Source: a virus (lineage: Duplodnaviria > Heunggongvirae > Uroviricota > Caudoviricetes). Taken from it: a DNA stretch of 35,845 nucleotides. The stretch's first letter is position 1. The number at the start of each line of letters is the position of its first letter. Made by a program: the position numbers and the translations under genes. The DNA is taken from IMG/VR virus record IMGVR_UViG_2671180473_000015; one strand, written 5' to 3'. The notes beneath the pieces were generated by a model, which worked only from the letters and a program-made list of their open reading frames with translations, was not told where the DNA came from and did no database searches. Positions 7,101 through 15,207 of the stretch are shown in pieces.

Positions 7101-7915
7101 GTATGGAGCTGATGGTTAAAGCGATGAAAATTCGAGTGGGTAATCCATTGCGAAAACTGGTTCTGATCAAGCTGGCTGATAATGCCAGCGATCAGGGTGA
7201 GTGCTGGCCCAGCTACCAGCATATTGCTGACCAGTGCGAAATTAGCAAACGTTCTGTGATGAATCATATTGCGGCCCTTTGTGAGTCCGGGCTGGTAAAA
7301 AAAGTCACCCGGAAAGGTGAAAAAGGTAACTCAAGTAATATCTATCTCCTTCATCTGGATGGTGCAGGAGATTCACTAGGGGGTAGTGCAAATAATTCAC
7401 TATCTGGTGCAGCAAATTCACCAGGTAGTGCAGGAGTTGCACCAGGGGGTAGTGCAGGAGATTCACCCAGAACCAGTCACTCTTTTGAACCAGTCAAAGA
7501 ACCAGTCAATGAACCAATAGCTGTTGGTGCATCAGTTGATGAGTCCGTGCGAGTTCGTTCAAACCGACCGGAATACTCTCCGGAGTTTGAGCAGGCATGG
7601 CTGGCATATCCCAAACGTGCTGGTGGCAATTCAAAATCTGCAGCCTTCAAAGCCTGGAAAGCCCGTTTGAATGAGGGAGTAAACCCCGAAACCATGCTGG
7701 AAGGTGTGAAACGCTACGCGGGATGGGTATCTGCGATGGGTAACAGCGGCACACAATTTGTGAAACAGGCTGTCACGTTCTTTGGTCCGGATCGTCATTT
7801 CGAAGAATTCTGGGAAGTTCCTGCGGTATCTGCAGCCAGACGCGAGGACCCGTACTTCAAAGCCAGTTACGACAACGTGGACTACAGCCAGATCCCGGCA
7901 GGATTCAGGGGGTGA
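7097..7915 (+). CDS. replication initiator, lambda O-like (N-terminal winged-HTH replisome organiser)
   Basis: 272-aa ORF. N-terminus (KLVLIKLADNASDQGECWPSYQHIADQCEISKRSVMNHIAAL) is the classic phage replication-initiator HTH. A Gly/Ser-rich linker is encoded by an internal iteron array, as in lambda O. Confidence 0.7.
   Translation: MSMELMVKAMKIRVGNPLRKLVLIKLADNASDQGECWPSYQHIADQCEISKRSVMNHIAALCESGLVKKVTRKGEKGNSSNIYLLHLDGAGDSLGGSANNSLSGAANSPGSAGVAPGGSAGDSPRTSHSFEPVKEPVNEPIAVGASVDESVRVRSNRPEYSPEFEQAWLAYPKRAGGNSKSAAFKAWKARLNEGVNPETMLEGVKRYAGWVSAMGNSGTQFVKQAVTFFGPDRHFEEFWEVPAVSAARREDPYFKASYDNVDYSQIPAGFRG
7361..7508 (+). repeat. iteron array (candidate replication origin) inside the O-like gene
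   Basis: Five direct repeats of about 19 bp (consensus GGTAGTGCAGGAGATTCAC) at roughly 7361, 7382, 7406, 7424 and 7448, followed by three copies of AACCAGTCA at 7471, 7488 and 7500. Confidence 0.55.
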
Positions 7916-8406
7916 TCATGAGTCTTTTGAATGAAGTTCAGAAATTCATTGAAGCCCATCCGGGGTGTACTTCCGGAGACATTGCGGATGCTTTTGCAGG
8001 TTACTCACGGCAGCGCGTTCTGCAGTCAGCAAGCAAGTTACGTCAGAGTGGGCGTGTGGCTCACCGTTATGAAGGAGATACACGCAGACATTTCCCACGC
8101 CTGACTGAGAGAGCGCAGGAGCCGGAACCACAACCAGTTCGTGAAACCAGACCTGTGCGCAATTTCTATGTCGGCACTAACGATCCCCGGGTGATTTTGT
8201 GCCTGACCCGCCAGGCGGAAGAACTGGAGTCCAGGGGCTTATACCGTCGTGCTGCAACGGTGTGGATGGCGGCATTCCGTGAAAGCCACTCCCAGCCAGA
8301 ACGAAACAATTTTCTGGCGCGTCGTGAGCGGTGCTTACGGAAAAGCAGCAAGCGCGCTGCATCGGGTGAAGAGTGGTATCTGTCAGGGAATTACGTGGGG
8401 GCTTAA
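7912..8406 (+). CDS. winged-helix protein with PerC/ANR-like C-terminal region (putative regulator)
   Basis: 164-aa ORF. C-terminal AEELESRGLYRRAATVWMAAF...NFLARRERCL resembles the PerC motif (LEEAGYWRRAAECW...RRKQC) from memory. Occupies the position where lambda has P. Confidence 0.45.
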   Translation: MIMSLLNEVQKFIEAHPGCTSGDIADAFAGYSRQRVLQSASKLRQSGRVAHRYEGDTRRHFPRLTERAQEPEPQPVRETRPVRNFYVGTNDPRVILCLTRQAEELESRGLYRRAATVWMAAFRESHSQPERNNFLARRERCLRKSSKRAASGEEWYLSGNYVGA

Positions 8407-9059
8407 TGAGTAATAAATATTGCCAGGCGCTGGTGGAGCTGCGGAACAAACCAGCCCATGAACTGAAGGAAGTGGGCGATCAGTGGCGCACGCCGGATAA
8501 CATTTTCTGGGGAATTAACACCCTGTTTGGCCCGTTTGTTCTGGATCTGTTCACTGATGGTGATAACGCCAAATGTGCCGCTTATTACACTGCGGAAGAC
8601 AACGCGCTGGCGCATGACTGGTCTGAACGTCTTGCGGAGCTTAAAGGTGCTGCCTTTGGTAATCCCCCGTACAGCCGCGCCAGTCAGCATGAAGGGCAAT
8701 ACATCACCGGCATGCGTTACATCATGAAACATGCCAGTGCCATGCGTGATAAGGGCGGACGCTATGTTTTCCTGATCAAAGCTGCCACCAGCGAAGTGTG
8801 GTGGCCGGAAGATGCAGATCATATTGCTTTTATTCGCGGGCGTATTGGTTTTGAACTGCCTGCCTGGTTTATCCCGAAGGACGAGAAGCAGGTGCCGACA
8901 GGCGCTTTCTTCGCTGGTGCTATTGCTGTTTTCGACAAGACCTGGAAGGGACCGGCAATCAGCTACATCGGGCGCGATGAACTTGAGGCATGTGGTGAGG
9001 CGTTTCTGGCGCAGGTTCGCCAGCAGGCGGAAAAACTGGTCAGGGAGATGGCGGCATGA
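8406..9059 (+). CDS. phage Dam-family DNA N6-adenine methyltransferase
   Basis: 217-aa product from the ATG at 8406. NPPY catalytic motif (AFGNPPYSR) and overall similarity to phage Dam methylases (PF05869-like) as I recall them. No adjacent restriction endonuclease. Confidence 0.8.
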   Translation: MSNKYCQALVELRNKPAHELKEVGDQWRTPDNIFWGINTLFGPFVLDLFTDGDNAKCAAYYTAEDNALAHDWSERLAELKGAAFGNPPYSRASQHEGQYITGMRYIMKHASAMRDKGGRYVFLIKAATSEVWWPEDADHIAFIRGRIGFELPAWFIPKDEKQVPTGAFFAGAIAVFDKTWKGPAISYIGRDELEACGEAFLAQVRQQAEKLVREMAA

Positions 9060-9382
9060 CGACGTTAACTCAATGCCAGCAGCAGGTGCTGGATATGCTG
9101 ATTTCTTACCAGAAAGAACGTGGCTTCCCGCCAACCAATCAGGAGGTGGCAACCATGCTGGGATACCGTTCAGTGAATGCAGCGGTGGAACATCTTCGCG
9201 CACTGGAGAAAAAAGGCGTCATCACGATAAAGCGTGGCATGGCCCGGGGTATCACTCTTCATACCGCGGTGAAGGACGACGACAGCGAGGCGGTCGGGAT
9301 TATCCGCTCACTGCTTGCCGGTGAGGAAAACGCCAGGCTGCGTGCAACCCACTGGTTACATGAGAGAGGCCTGAAAGTATGA
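9056..9382 (+). CDS. LexA N-terminal DNA-binding-domain protein lacking the S24 peptidase domain
   Basis: 108-aa ORF. LTQCQQQVLDMLISYQKERGFPPTNQEVATMLGYRSVNAAVEHLRALEKKGVITI aligns closely with the E. coli LexA N-terminus ([55 protein letters not shown]). The protein ends before any Ser-Lys peptidase domain. Confidence 0.7.
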   Translation: MTTLTQCQQQVLDMLISYQKERGFPPTNQEVATMLGYRSVNAAVEHLRALEKKGVITIKRGMARGITLHTAVKDDDSEAVGIIRSLLAGEENARLRATHWLHERGLKV

Positions 9383-9768
9383 AGCTGATCCTGCCTTTCC
9401 CGCCCAGCGTGAACACGTACTGGCGACACCCCAACAAAGGGGCATTTGCTGGTAAGAGCCTGATAAGCGCGGCGGGGCGAAAATTTCAGAGCGCGGCGTG
9501 CGCAGCAATAGTTGAGCAGTTACGTCGTCTGCCAAAACCAACGTCGGCACCTGCTTCAGTGGAGATCGTGTTGTTTCCTCCGGATAACCGGATCCGCGAT
9601 CTGGACAACTATAACAAGGCGCTGTTTGACGCCCTGACCCACGCGGGGGTGTGGGAAGACGACAGCCAGGTGAAAAGAATGCTGGTGGAGTGGGGACCGG
9701 TTATCCAGAAAGGGAAGGTCGAGATCACTATCAGTAAGTATGAGAAACCGGCGGGTGCAGCCGCCTGA
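9379..9768 (+). CDS. rusA: RusA-family Holliday junction resolvase
   Basis: 129-aa ORF starting MKLILPFPPSVNTYW, the RusA signature, with conserved acidic residues (DLDNYNKALFDAL). Confidence 0.85.
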   Translation: MKLILPFPPSVNTYWRHPNKGAFAGKSLISAAGRKFQSAACAAIVEQLRRLPKPTSAPASVEIVLFPPDNRIRDLDNYNKALFDALTHAGVWEDDSQVKRMLVEWGPVIQKGKVEITISKYEKPAGAAA

Positions 9769-9787
9769 TCAAGAGGAGAAACGAAGT

Positions 9788-10597
9788 ATGAATAATCTGA
9801 TGGTCATTGATGGTATTGAAGTTCGTCGTGATGCTTATGGGCGTTACAGCCTGAACGATCTGCACAGGGCAGCCGGGGGAGAACAAAAAAACCGCCCGAA
9901 ATACTGGCTCTCCAATAAGCAAACCTGTGAATTGATTGAACAACTTTTCACCGAGGGTGGAATTCCGCCTCTGGAACAAAATCAACCAGTTAGCGTCATT
10001 AATGGCGGAAATAACCAGGGGACGTATGTCTGCAAAGAACTGGTGTATGCCTATGCAATGTGGATCAGCCCGTCATTCCATCTGAAGGTGATCCGTACTT
10101 TCGACATGGTAACCAGCGCACCGGAAAAATTATCCGGACAGGCTGCTGACAAGATGCAGGCTGGCGTGATCCTGCTGGACTTTATGCGCCGGGAATTAAA
10201 TCTGTCTAACTCATCAGTGCTTGGAGCCTGTCAGAAGCTTCAGGAGGCTGTTGGCTTACCGAATCTGGCACCGCGCTATGCCATTGATGCTCCTGCTGAC
10301 GCGCCTGATGGCTCAAGTCGCCCCACGCTGTCGCTGAGTGCACTGCTGAAGCAGTATGGTATCCGCCTGACGGCTAATCAGGCATATCACCAGATGGTGA
10401 AGCTGGGGATCGTTGAACAACGCGAACGATACAGCCGTACCGCGATTAACAACATCAAAAAATTCTGGTCGCTGACGGCGAAAGGCTGCATGTTCGGCAA
10501 GAACATCACCAGTCCTGCAAATCCGCGCGAGACGCAGCCGCATTTCTTCGAATCCCGATTCCCTGAGCTGTTAAAGCTGCTCGATACCGTTCATTGA
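9788..10597 (+). CDS. KilA-N domain protein (antirepressor-like)
   Basis: 269-aa product from the ATG at 9788 (SD GAGGAG upstream). N-terminal KilA-N domain (VIDGIEVRRDAYGRYSLNDLHRAAGGEQKNRPKYWLSNKQTCELIEQL...YAMWISPSFHLKVIRTF). Confidence 0.7.
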   Translation: MNNLMVIDGIEVRRDAYGRYSLNDLHRAAGGEQKNRPKYWLSNKQTCELIEQLFTEGGIPPLEQNQPVSVINGGNNQGTYVCKELVYAYAMWISPSFHLKVIRTFDMVTSAPEKLSGQAADKMQAGVILLDFMRRELNLSNSSVLGACQKLQEAVGLPNLAPRYAIDAPADAPDGSSRPTLSLSALLKQYGIRLTANQAYHQMVKLGIVEQRERYSRTAINNIKKFWSLTAKGCMFGKNITSPANPRETQPHFFESRFPELLKLLDTVH

Positions 10598-10598
10598 G

Positions 10599-11594
10599 GT
10601 GACCGTGAGAGCACTACTGACCCCTGAAATTGCCCCGCGTATGGGGATCGTATTGTTCAGGCCAGGTTCAGAGCTGATGCCCCTGTTTATGCAGGGGCGT
10701 GTTCTGCTGGAGCCTGAGCCGGAACGTTATTCATCTTTCGCCAGTGGTGCCGTTCCGGCGGCATCACAACCGCTGGCGGATGATCCTGCCGTTCGGGCCG
10801 TGTTCCGCAATGAGGCAGTGATCCGTCGTGCTGGTGGCGTGGAATGTCTTGAAAGCTGGTTACTTCGTGAAAAAGGCTGCCAGTGGCCTCATTCCGACTG
10901 GCACAGCGAGAACATGACCACAATGCGACACGCTCCGGGCGCAATCCGTCTGTGCTGGCACTGCGATAACCAGCTGCGCGATCAGTTCACGGAACGGCTG
11001 GAATCAATGGCAACGGATAACTGTGCCCGCTGGGTGTTGTCTGTTGTGCGTCGGGATCTCGGTTTTGATGATAGTCACGTTGTGACAATGCCGGAACTGT
11101 GCTGGTGGCTGATTCGTAATGACCTGGCGGATGCCTTACCGGAAAGTGCAGCCCGTAAGGCACTGAGATTACCAAAGCCTGTTGTGCCGTCTGTCACCCG
11201 GGAAAGTGACCTTGTGCCTTCGGTTCCTGCCACCAGCATCATCCAGGATAAGGCAAAAAAGGTGCTGGCGCTGAAAGTGGATCCGGAGTCGCCGGAGTCT
11301 TTTATGTTACGCCCAAAACGCCGCCGCTGGGTTAATGAAAAGTACACGCGCTGGGTTAAGACACAGCCGTGTGCATGTTGTGGAAAGCCTGCTGATGATC
11401 CCCACCACCTGATAGGCCACGGTCAGGGTGGAATGGGTACAAAAGCGCATGACCTCTTTGTGTTGCCTTTGTGCAGAAAGCATCACGACGAGCTGCATGC
11501 GGATACCGTGGCATTTGAAGAGAAGTATGGCTCCCAGCTGGAGCTGATATTTCGTTTTATCGATCGTGCGCTGGCAATTGGCGTATTGGCGTAA
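10599..11594 (+). CDS. DUF968 / YdfU-like protein with C-terminal Cys/His zinc-binding (HNH-like) motif
   Basis: 331-aa ORF with GTG start at 10599 (alternative GTG at 10605). C-terminus CACCGKPADDPHHLIGHGQGG...CRKHHDELH. Family assigned from memory. Confidence 0.55.
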   Translation: MTVRALLTPEIAPRMGIVLFRPGSELMPLFMQGRVLLEPEPERYSSFASGAVPAASQPLADDPAVRAVFRNEAVIRRAGGVECLESWLLREKGCQWPHSDWHSENMTTMRHAPGAIRLCWHCDNQLRDQFTERLESMATDNCARWVLSVVRRDLGFDDSHVVTMPELCWWLIRNDLADALPESAARKALRLPKPVVPSVTRESDLVPSVPATSIIQDKAKKVLALKVDPESPESFMLRPKRRRWVNEKYTRWVKTQPCACCGKPADDPHHLIGHGQGGMGTKAHDLFVLPLCRKHHDELHADTVAFEEKYGSQLELIFRFIDRALAIGVLA

Positions 11595-11607
11595 GTGGAG
11601 AACGAGC

Positions 11608-12360
11608 ATGAACCTTGAAGCCTTACCAAAATATTACTCCCCAAAATCTCCAAAATTGAGCGATGACGCACCGGCGACAGGCTCAGGTGGTTTAACGATT
11701 ACGGATGTGATGGCTGCGCAGGGGATGGTGCAGTCGAAAGCACCGCTTGGGTTTGCCTTATTCCTGGCAAAAGTTGGTGTTCAGGATCCTCAATTTGCGA
11801 TTGAAGGTCTGCTCAATTACGCGATGGCACTGGATAACCCGACATTGAACAAATTGAGTGAAGAAACCCGGTTACAGATCATCCCTTACCTTGTGAATTT
11901 TGCCTTTGCTGATTATTCCAGGTCTGCGGCAAGTAAGGCTCGCTGTGAGCATTGTGCTGGTACTGGATTTCATAATGTATTGCGCGAAGTGGTGAAACAC
12001 TCCAGAAGCGGGGAATCTGTTATCAAGGAAGAGTGGGTGAAGGAACTATGTCAGCATTGCCATGGTAAGGGAGAAGTCAGCACAGCGTGCAGAGGGTGTA
12101 AGGGTAAAGGTATTGTCCTGGATGAAAAAAGAACCCGGCTTCATGGTGTGCCTGTTTATAAGATTTGTGGGCGTTGCAATGGCAACCGGTTTAGCCGTTT
12201 ACCAACCACACTGGCGCGGCATCATGTCCAGAAACTGGTACCGGACCTGACGGATTATCAGTGGTACAAAGGATATGCAGACGTTATTAATAAACTGGTT
12301 ACAAAGTGCTGGCAGGAAGAAGCGTATGCTGAATCGCAATTGAGAAAAGTGACAAGATAG
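11608..12360 (+). CDS. Q: late-gene antitermination protein Q
   Basis: 250-aa product from the ATG at 11608 (SD GGAG 7 nt upstream). Paired CxxC zinc-finger motifs (CEHCAGTGF, CQHCHGKGE, CRGCKGKG, CGRCNGNRF) typical of Q antiterminators. Immediately upstream of a promoter-plus-terminator unit. Confidence 0.8.
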   Translation: MNLEALPKYYSPKSPKLSDDAPATGSGGLTITDVMAAQGMVQSKAPLGFALFLAKVGVQDPQFAIEGLLNYAMALDNPTLNKLSEETRLQIIPYLVNFAFADYSRSAASKARCEHCAGTGFHNVLREVVKHSRSGESVIKEEWVKELCQHCHGKGEVSTACRGCKGKGIVLDEKRTRLHGVPVYKICGRCNGNRFSRLPTTLARHHVQKLVPDLTDYQWYKGYADVINKLVTKCWQEEAYAESQLRKVTR

Positions 12361-12391
12361 ATAATTTTCGCCGAAGATGTCGACGTGATAC

Positions 12392-12420
12392 TTGCATTTT
12401 TCAAAAAATATGGATAAGAT
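12392..12420 (+). promoter_or_regulatory. PR'-like late promoter (candidate Q-utilisation region)
   Basis: -35 TTGCAT (12392-12397), 17-nt spacer, -10 TAAGAT (12415-12420). Lies between the Q stop and the tR'-like terminator, as in lambda. Confidence 0.45.
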
Positions 12421-12463
12421 TTTCTCAACGATGGGCCTTGTATGTCTACCGTTGGTAAATGTC

Positions 12464-12490
12464 AAAAACCCGCCGCTGAGCGGGTTTTTT
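12464..12490 (+). terminator. tR'-like rho-independent terminator
   Basis: AAAAACCCGCCGCTGAGCGGGTTTTTTGTGCC: GC stem plus T-run about 45 nt downstream of the candidate late promoter. Confidence 0.7.
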
Positions 12491-12639
12491 GTGCCTGATG
12501 TCTCATGAAACTATGAAATGGATTGGTGCGTTAAACATTTTTTCTTATTATCTTTTAGATTTTGGAGAGATGGTTAACGTCTGTATTCCAGAAACTCGAT
12601 GGTTATTTAATAAATTAGTTTCAATGATGCTTCTAGGTT

Positions 12640-13065
12640 ATGACTGTAATGAAAAAGGTATTAATAGCAGCGATAGGTTTTTGTTTAGTTGGTTGTGCAG
12701 GTATGAAATTACCTGAGTATTCGCAAGTTAAAGCAAGTCCGTATTATACAGATTGCCGTGCGTTTGCCATGGATGTTTATAAAAATGATGGATACAGCAA
12801 AATTGCGAAAACTACTATCCTTAGCATGGATGATGTGAAAGCTAGATATATTGTGACAGGGTGTGTAGTTGCTATGGGGAAAAACACTGTAGAGGAAATC
12901 AAAGCTGATCTCTCTGCTAAAGGGAGTTCTTTTGGGCTTATCAGTGGAGCTTGTTCTAGTGCGGCATGTCGGGTTGATGTAGAGCAGCAAATGAACGCTT
13001 ATGTACTTGGTAGTTATTATGCTGCAAATAAAAAATTCCCGGATAAAATGAAAGCAGAGTTTTAA
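12640..13065 (+). CDS. lipoprotein encoded by an AT-rich moron between Q and the lysis genes
   Basis: 141-aa ORF. Signal peptide with lipobox (MKKVLIAAIGFCLVGCAG; Cys in LVGC). Several further Cys residues. The flanking region 12490-13140 is markedly AT-rich and bounded by two near-identical terminators. Confidence 0.65.
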   Translation: MTVMKKVLIAAIGFCLVGCAGMKLPEYSQVKASPYYTDCRAFAMDVYKNDGYSKIAKTTILSMDDVKARYIVTGCVVAMGKNTVEEIKADLSAKGSSFGLISGACSSAACRVDVEQQMNAYVLGSYYAANKKFPDKMKAEF

Positions 13066-13142
13066 GCAAACCTTGTTTTCGATTATATGTCGAAGATAAA
13101 TGTTAGTAACGGCATAATAAGTAAATATATAGCTGTGATAGC

Positions 13143-13168
13143 AACCCGCCACTGAGCGGGTTTTTTGT
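13143..13168 (+). terminator. second tR'-like terminator (near-duplicate of 12464-12490)
   Basis: CAACCCGCCACTGAGCGGGTTTTTTGTACCC: same stem and T-run as the terminator at 12464-12490 with two substitutions. Confidence 0.7.
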
Positions 13169-13288
13169 ACCCGTAAACTTGGTGCAGTACAGTAAACACG
13201 CTGGTGGTCGTGAATACTGACTTTTTATCTTGCTGGCTTTTTAGACAAGAGTTATTGGTATGTCATGTTAACCAGAAGGGAAAAAGAC

Positions 13289-13492
13289 ATGCTAAAACAG
13301 CAAGATATGACAGAAACCGCCGCCGCAGTCCTTCATTTCTTACCTGCTGACAAGTGGGTAACGCCACGCATGATGACGAGAACTACCGGAGTAAGCGAAG
13401 CCCGGTGCCAGTTAATACTGACTCAGTTAGTTCTGGCGGGTCTGGCGAAGGATAACGGCGGGTACGGGAATAAATTCAGACGCTGCCAGTAA
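13289..13492 (+). CDS. small hypothetical protein (possible winged-helix protein)
   Basis: 67-aa product from an ATG with an AAGGGA SD-like sequence upstream (track ORF 13265..13492). No recognised family. Directly upstream of the second methyltransferase gene. Confidence 0.35.
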   Translation: MLKQQDMTETAAAVLHFLPADKWVTPRMMTRTTGVSEARCQLILTQLVLAGLAKDNGGYGNKFRRCQ

Positions 13493-13642
13493 TGGCGGTT
13501 TCCTGCTGTGAAAATGGGCGGCTGGTGGGTGTTGGTAGCACCTGCCAGCCATTCGCTCATGCTTACTGGTCACAAGCGAACCACGGCCCACTGCTTTAGC
13601 GCAAAAGCAGAGTGAGCCTACCAGAGTTACGCTTACTGATCC

Positions 13643-14695
13643 ATGAAAAATACTGTAAAAATAAACAGTGTTGATTTAATCAACGCTGATTGCCTGCATT
13701 TTATTCAGTCCCTGCCTGATGATTCCATTGACCTGATTGTTACCGATCCGCCTTACTTCAAGGTGAAACCCAACGGTTGGGACAATCAGTGGAAAGGGGA
13801 CGAAGATTACCTTAAGTGGCTGGACCACTGTCTGGCCCAGTTCTGGCGGGTGTTGAAACCTGCCGGAAGCCTTTACCTGTTCTGTGGGCATCGCCTGGCA
13901 TCTGATATTGAGATCATGATGCGTGAACGTTTCAACGTGCTTAACCATATCATCTGGGCGAAGCCGTCCGGACGTTGGAATGGGTGTAATAAAGAAAGTC
14001 TGCGCGCATATTTTCCTGCCACAGAGCGCGTTCTGTTTGCTGAACATTACCAGGGGCCATATCGCGGCAAAAGTGACGGCTATGCGGCAAAAGAAAGGGA
14101 ACTCAAACAGCACATAATGGCACCGCTGATATCGTATTTCAGGGATGCTCGTGCCGAACTGGGTATAACGGCAAAACAAATTGCCGAAGCCACAGGTAAG
14201 AAAAATATGGTTTCCCACTGGTTTGGTGCCAGTCAGTGGCAGTTGCCGAATGAGGCTGACTATCGGAAGTTACAGGCACTGTTTTCCCGTATAGCGGCAG
14301 AGAAGTTTCAGGAACAACAACTGGAACAACCACACCACCAGCTGGTGGCATCTTATGATTCACTGAATCGTAAATATTCTGAATTGCTGGATGAGTTTAA
14401 ATCTCTCCGGCGCTATTTCTCCGTATCAGTCTCCGTGCCTTATACCGATGTCTGGATGCATAAACCCGTTCAGTTCTACCCGGGGAAACATCCGTGTGAG
14501 AAACCGGCGGATATGCTCAGGCAAATAATCAATGCCAGTAGTCGACCAGGTGATCTGGTTGCTGATTTTTTTATGGGATCCGGTTCCACAATAAAAGCAG
14601 CAATGGCGCTGGGGCGTCGGGCCTTAGGTGTTGAGCTTGAGTCAGAGCGGTTTAATCAGACAGTGAAAGAGATAAACGAGCTGGTGGGGAAATAA
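13643..14695 (+). CDS. DNA methyltransferase, N4/N6 beta-class (DPPY motif before FxGxG motif)
   Basis: 350-aa ORF. Catalytic motif IVTDPPYF near the N-terminus and SAM-binding DFFMGSGST near the C-terminus (PF01555-type order). No cognate endonuclease in the window. Confidence 0.85.
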
Positions 14696-14697
14696 TC

Positions 14698-14725
14698 TGG
14701 TGGCCACGTCAGGTGGCCTTTTTAT
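14698..14725 (+). terminator. rho-independent terminator after the methyltransferase gene
   Basis: Stem GGCCAC / GTGGCC with loop GTCAG, followed by TTTTT. Confidence 0.5.
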
Positions 14726-14762
14726 TTCCATTACACAGCACCCGCATCTGCGAGGTGGGGTT

Positions 14763-14900
14763 ATGAAATCCATGGATAAGTTAACAACGGGTGTCGCCTA
14801 TGGCACCTCAGCAGGTAGTGCCGGGTACTGGTTTTTACAGTTGCTCGATAAAGTCACGCCCTCACAGTGGGCGGCAATAGGTGTGCTGGGTAGTCTGGTA
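14763..14900 (+). CDS. S: S21-type pinholin (class II holin), 3' end lost in an N-run
   Basis: ATG at 14763 with [57 protein letters not shown] matches phage 21 S21 ([46 protein letters not shown]) from memory, including the dual-start Met1/Met4 motif. The true stop lies within the N-run (expected near 14978 if 71 aa). Confidence 0.8.
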
Positions 14901-15140
14901 NNNNNNNNNNNNNNNNNNNNNNNNNNNNNNNNNNNNNNNNNNNNNNNNNNNNNNNNNNNNNNNNNNNNNNNNNNNNNNNNNNNNNNNNNNNNNNNNNNNN
15001 NNNNNNNNNNNNNNNNNNNNNNNNNNNNNNNNNNNNNNNNNNNNNNNNNNNNNNNNNNNNNNNNNNNNNNNNNNNNNNNNNNNNNNNNNNNNNNNNNNNN
15101 NNNNNNNNNNNNNNNNNNNNNNNNNNNNNNNNNNNNNNNN
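14901..15140. other. N-run (240 nt) - assembly gap or masked sequence
   Basis: Continuous n characters; removes the holin 3' end and the holin-endolysin junction. Confidence 0.95.
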
Positions 15141-15207
15141 TTAAGTCACTGACCGGAACAGATAAACCTGTCCGTGGGCAGAAACCGATAAATCCTGATA
15201 AATATCC

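Noticed and set aside
7361-7508. Possible CRISPR array
   Set aside because: The direct repeats are degenerate, contiguous without unique spacers, in-frame within the initiator gene and encode a Gly/Ser linker; they are replication iterons, not CRISPR.
8403-9203. 266-aa minus-strand ORF
   Set aside because: Antisense to the Dam methyltransferase and LexA-like genes, which have clear domain signatures. Long antisense ORFs are common in GC-rich coding DNA.
14700-15152. Track ORF spanning the first N-run (150 aa with X run)
   Set aside because: It is the holin frame artificially extended through unknown bases; only 14763-14900 is supported.
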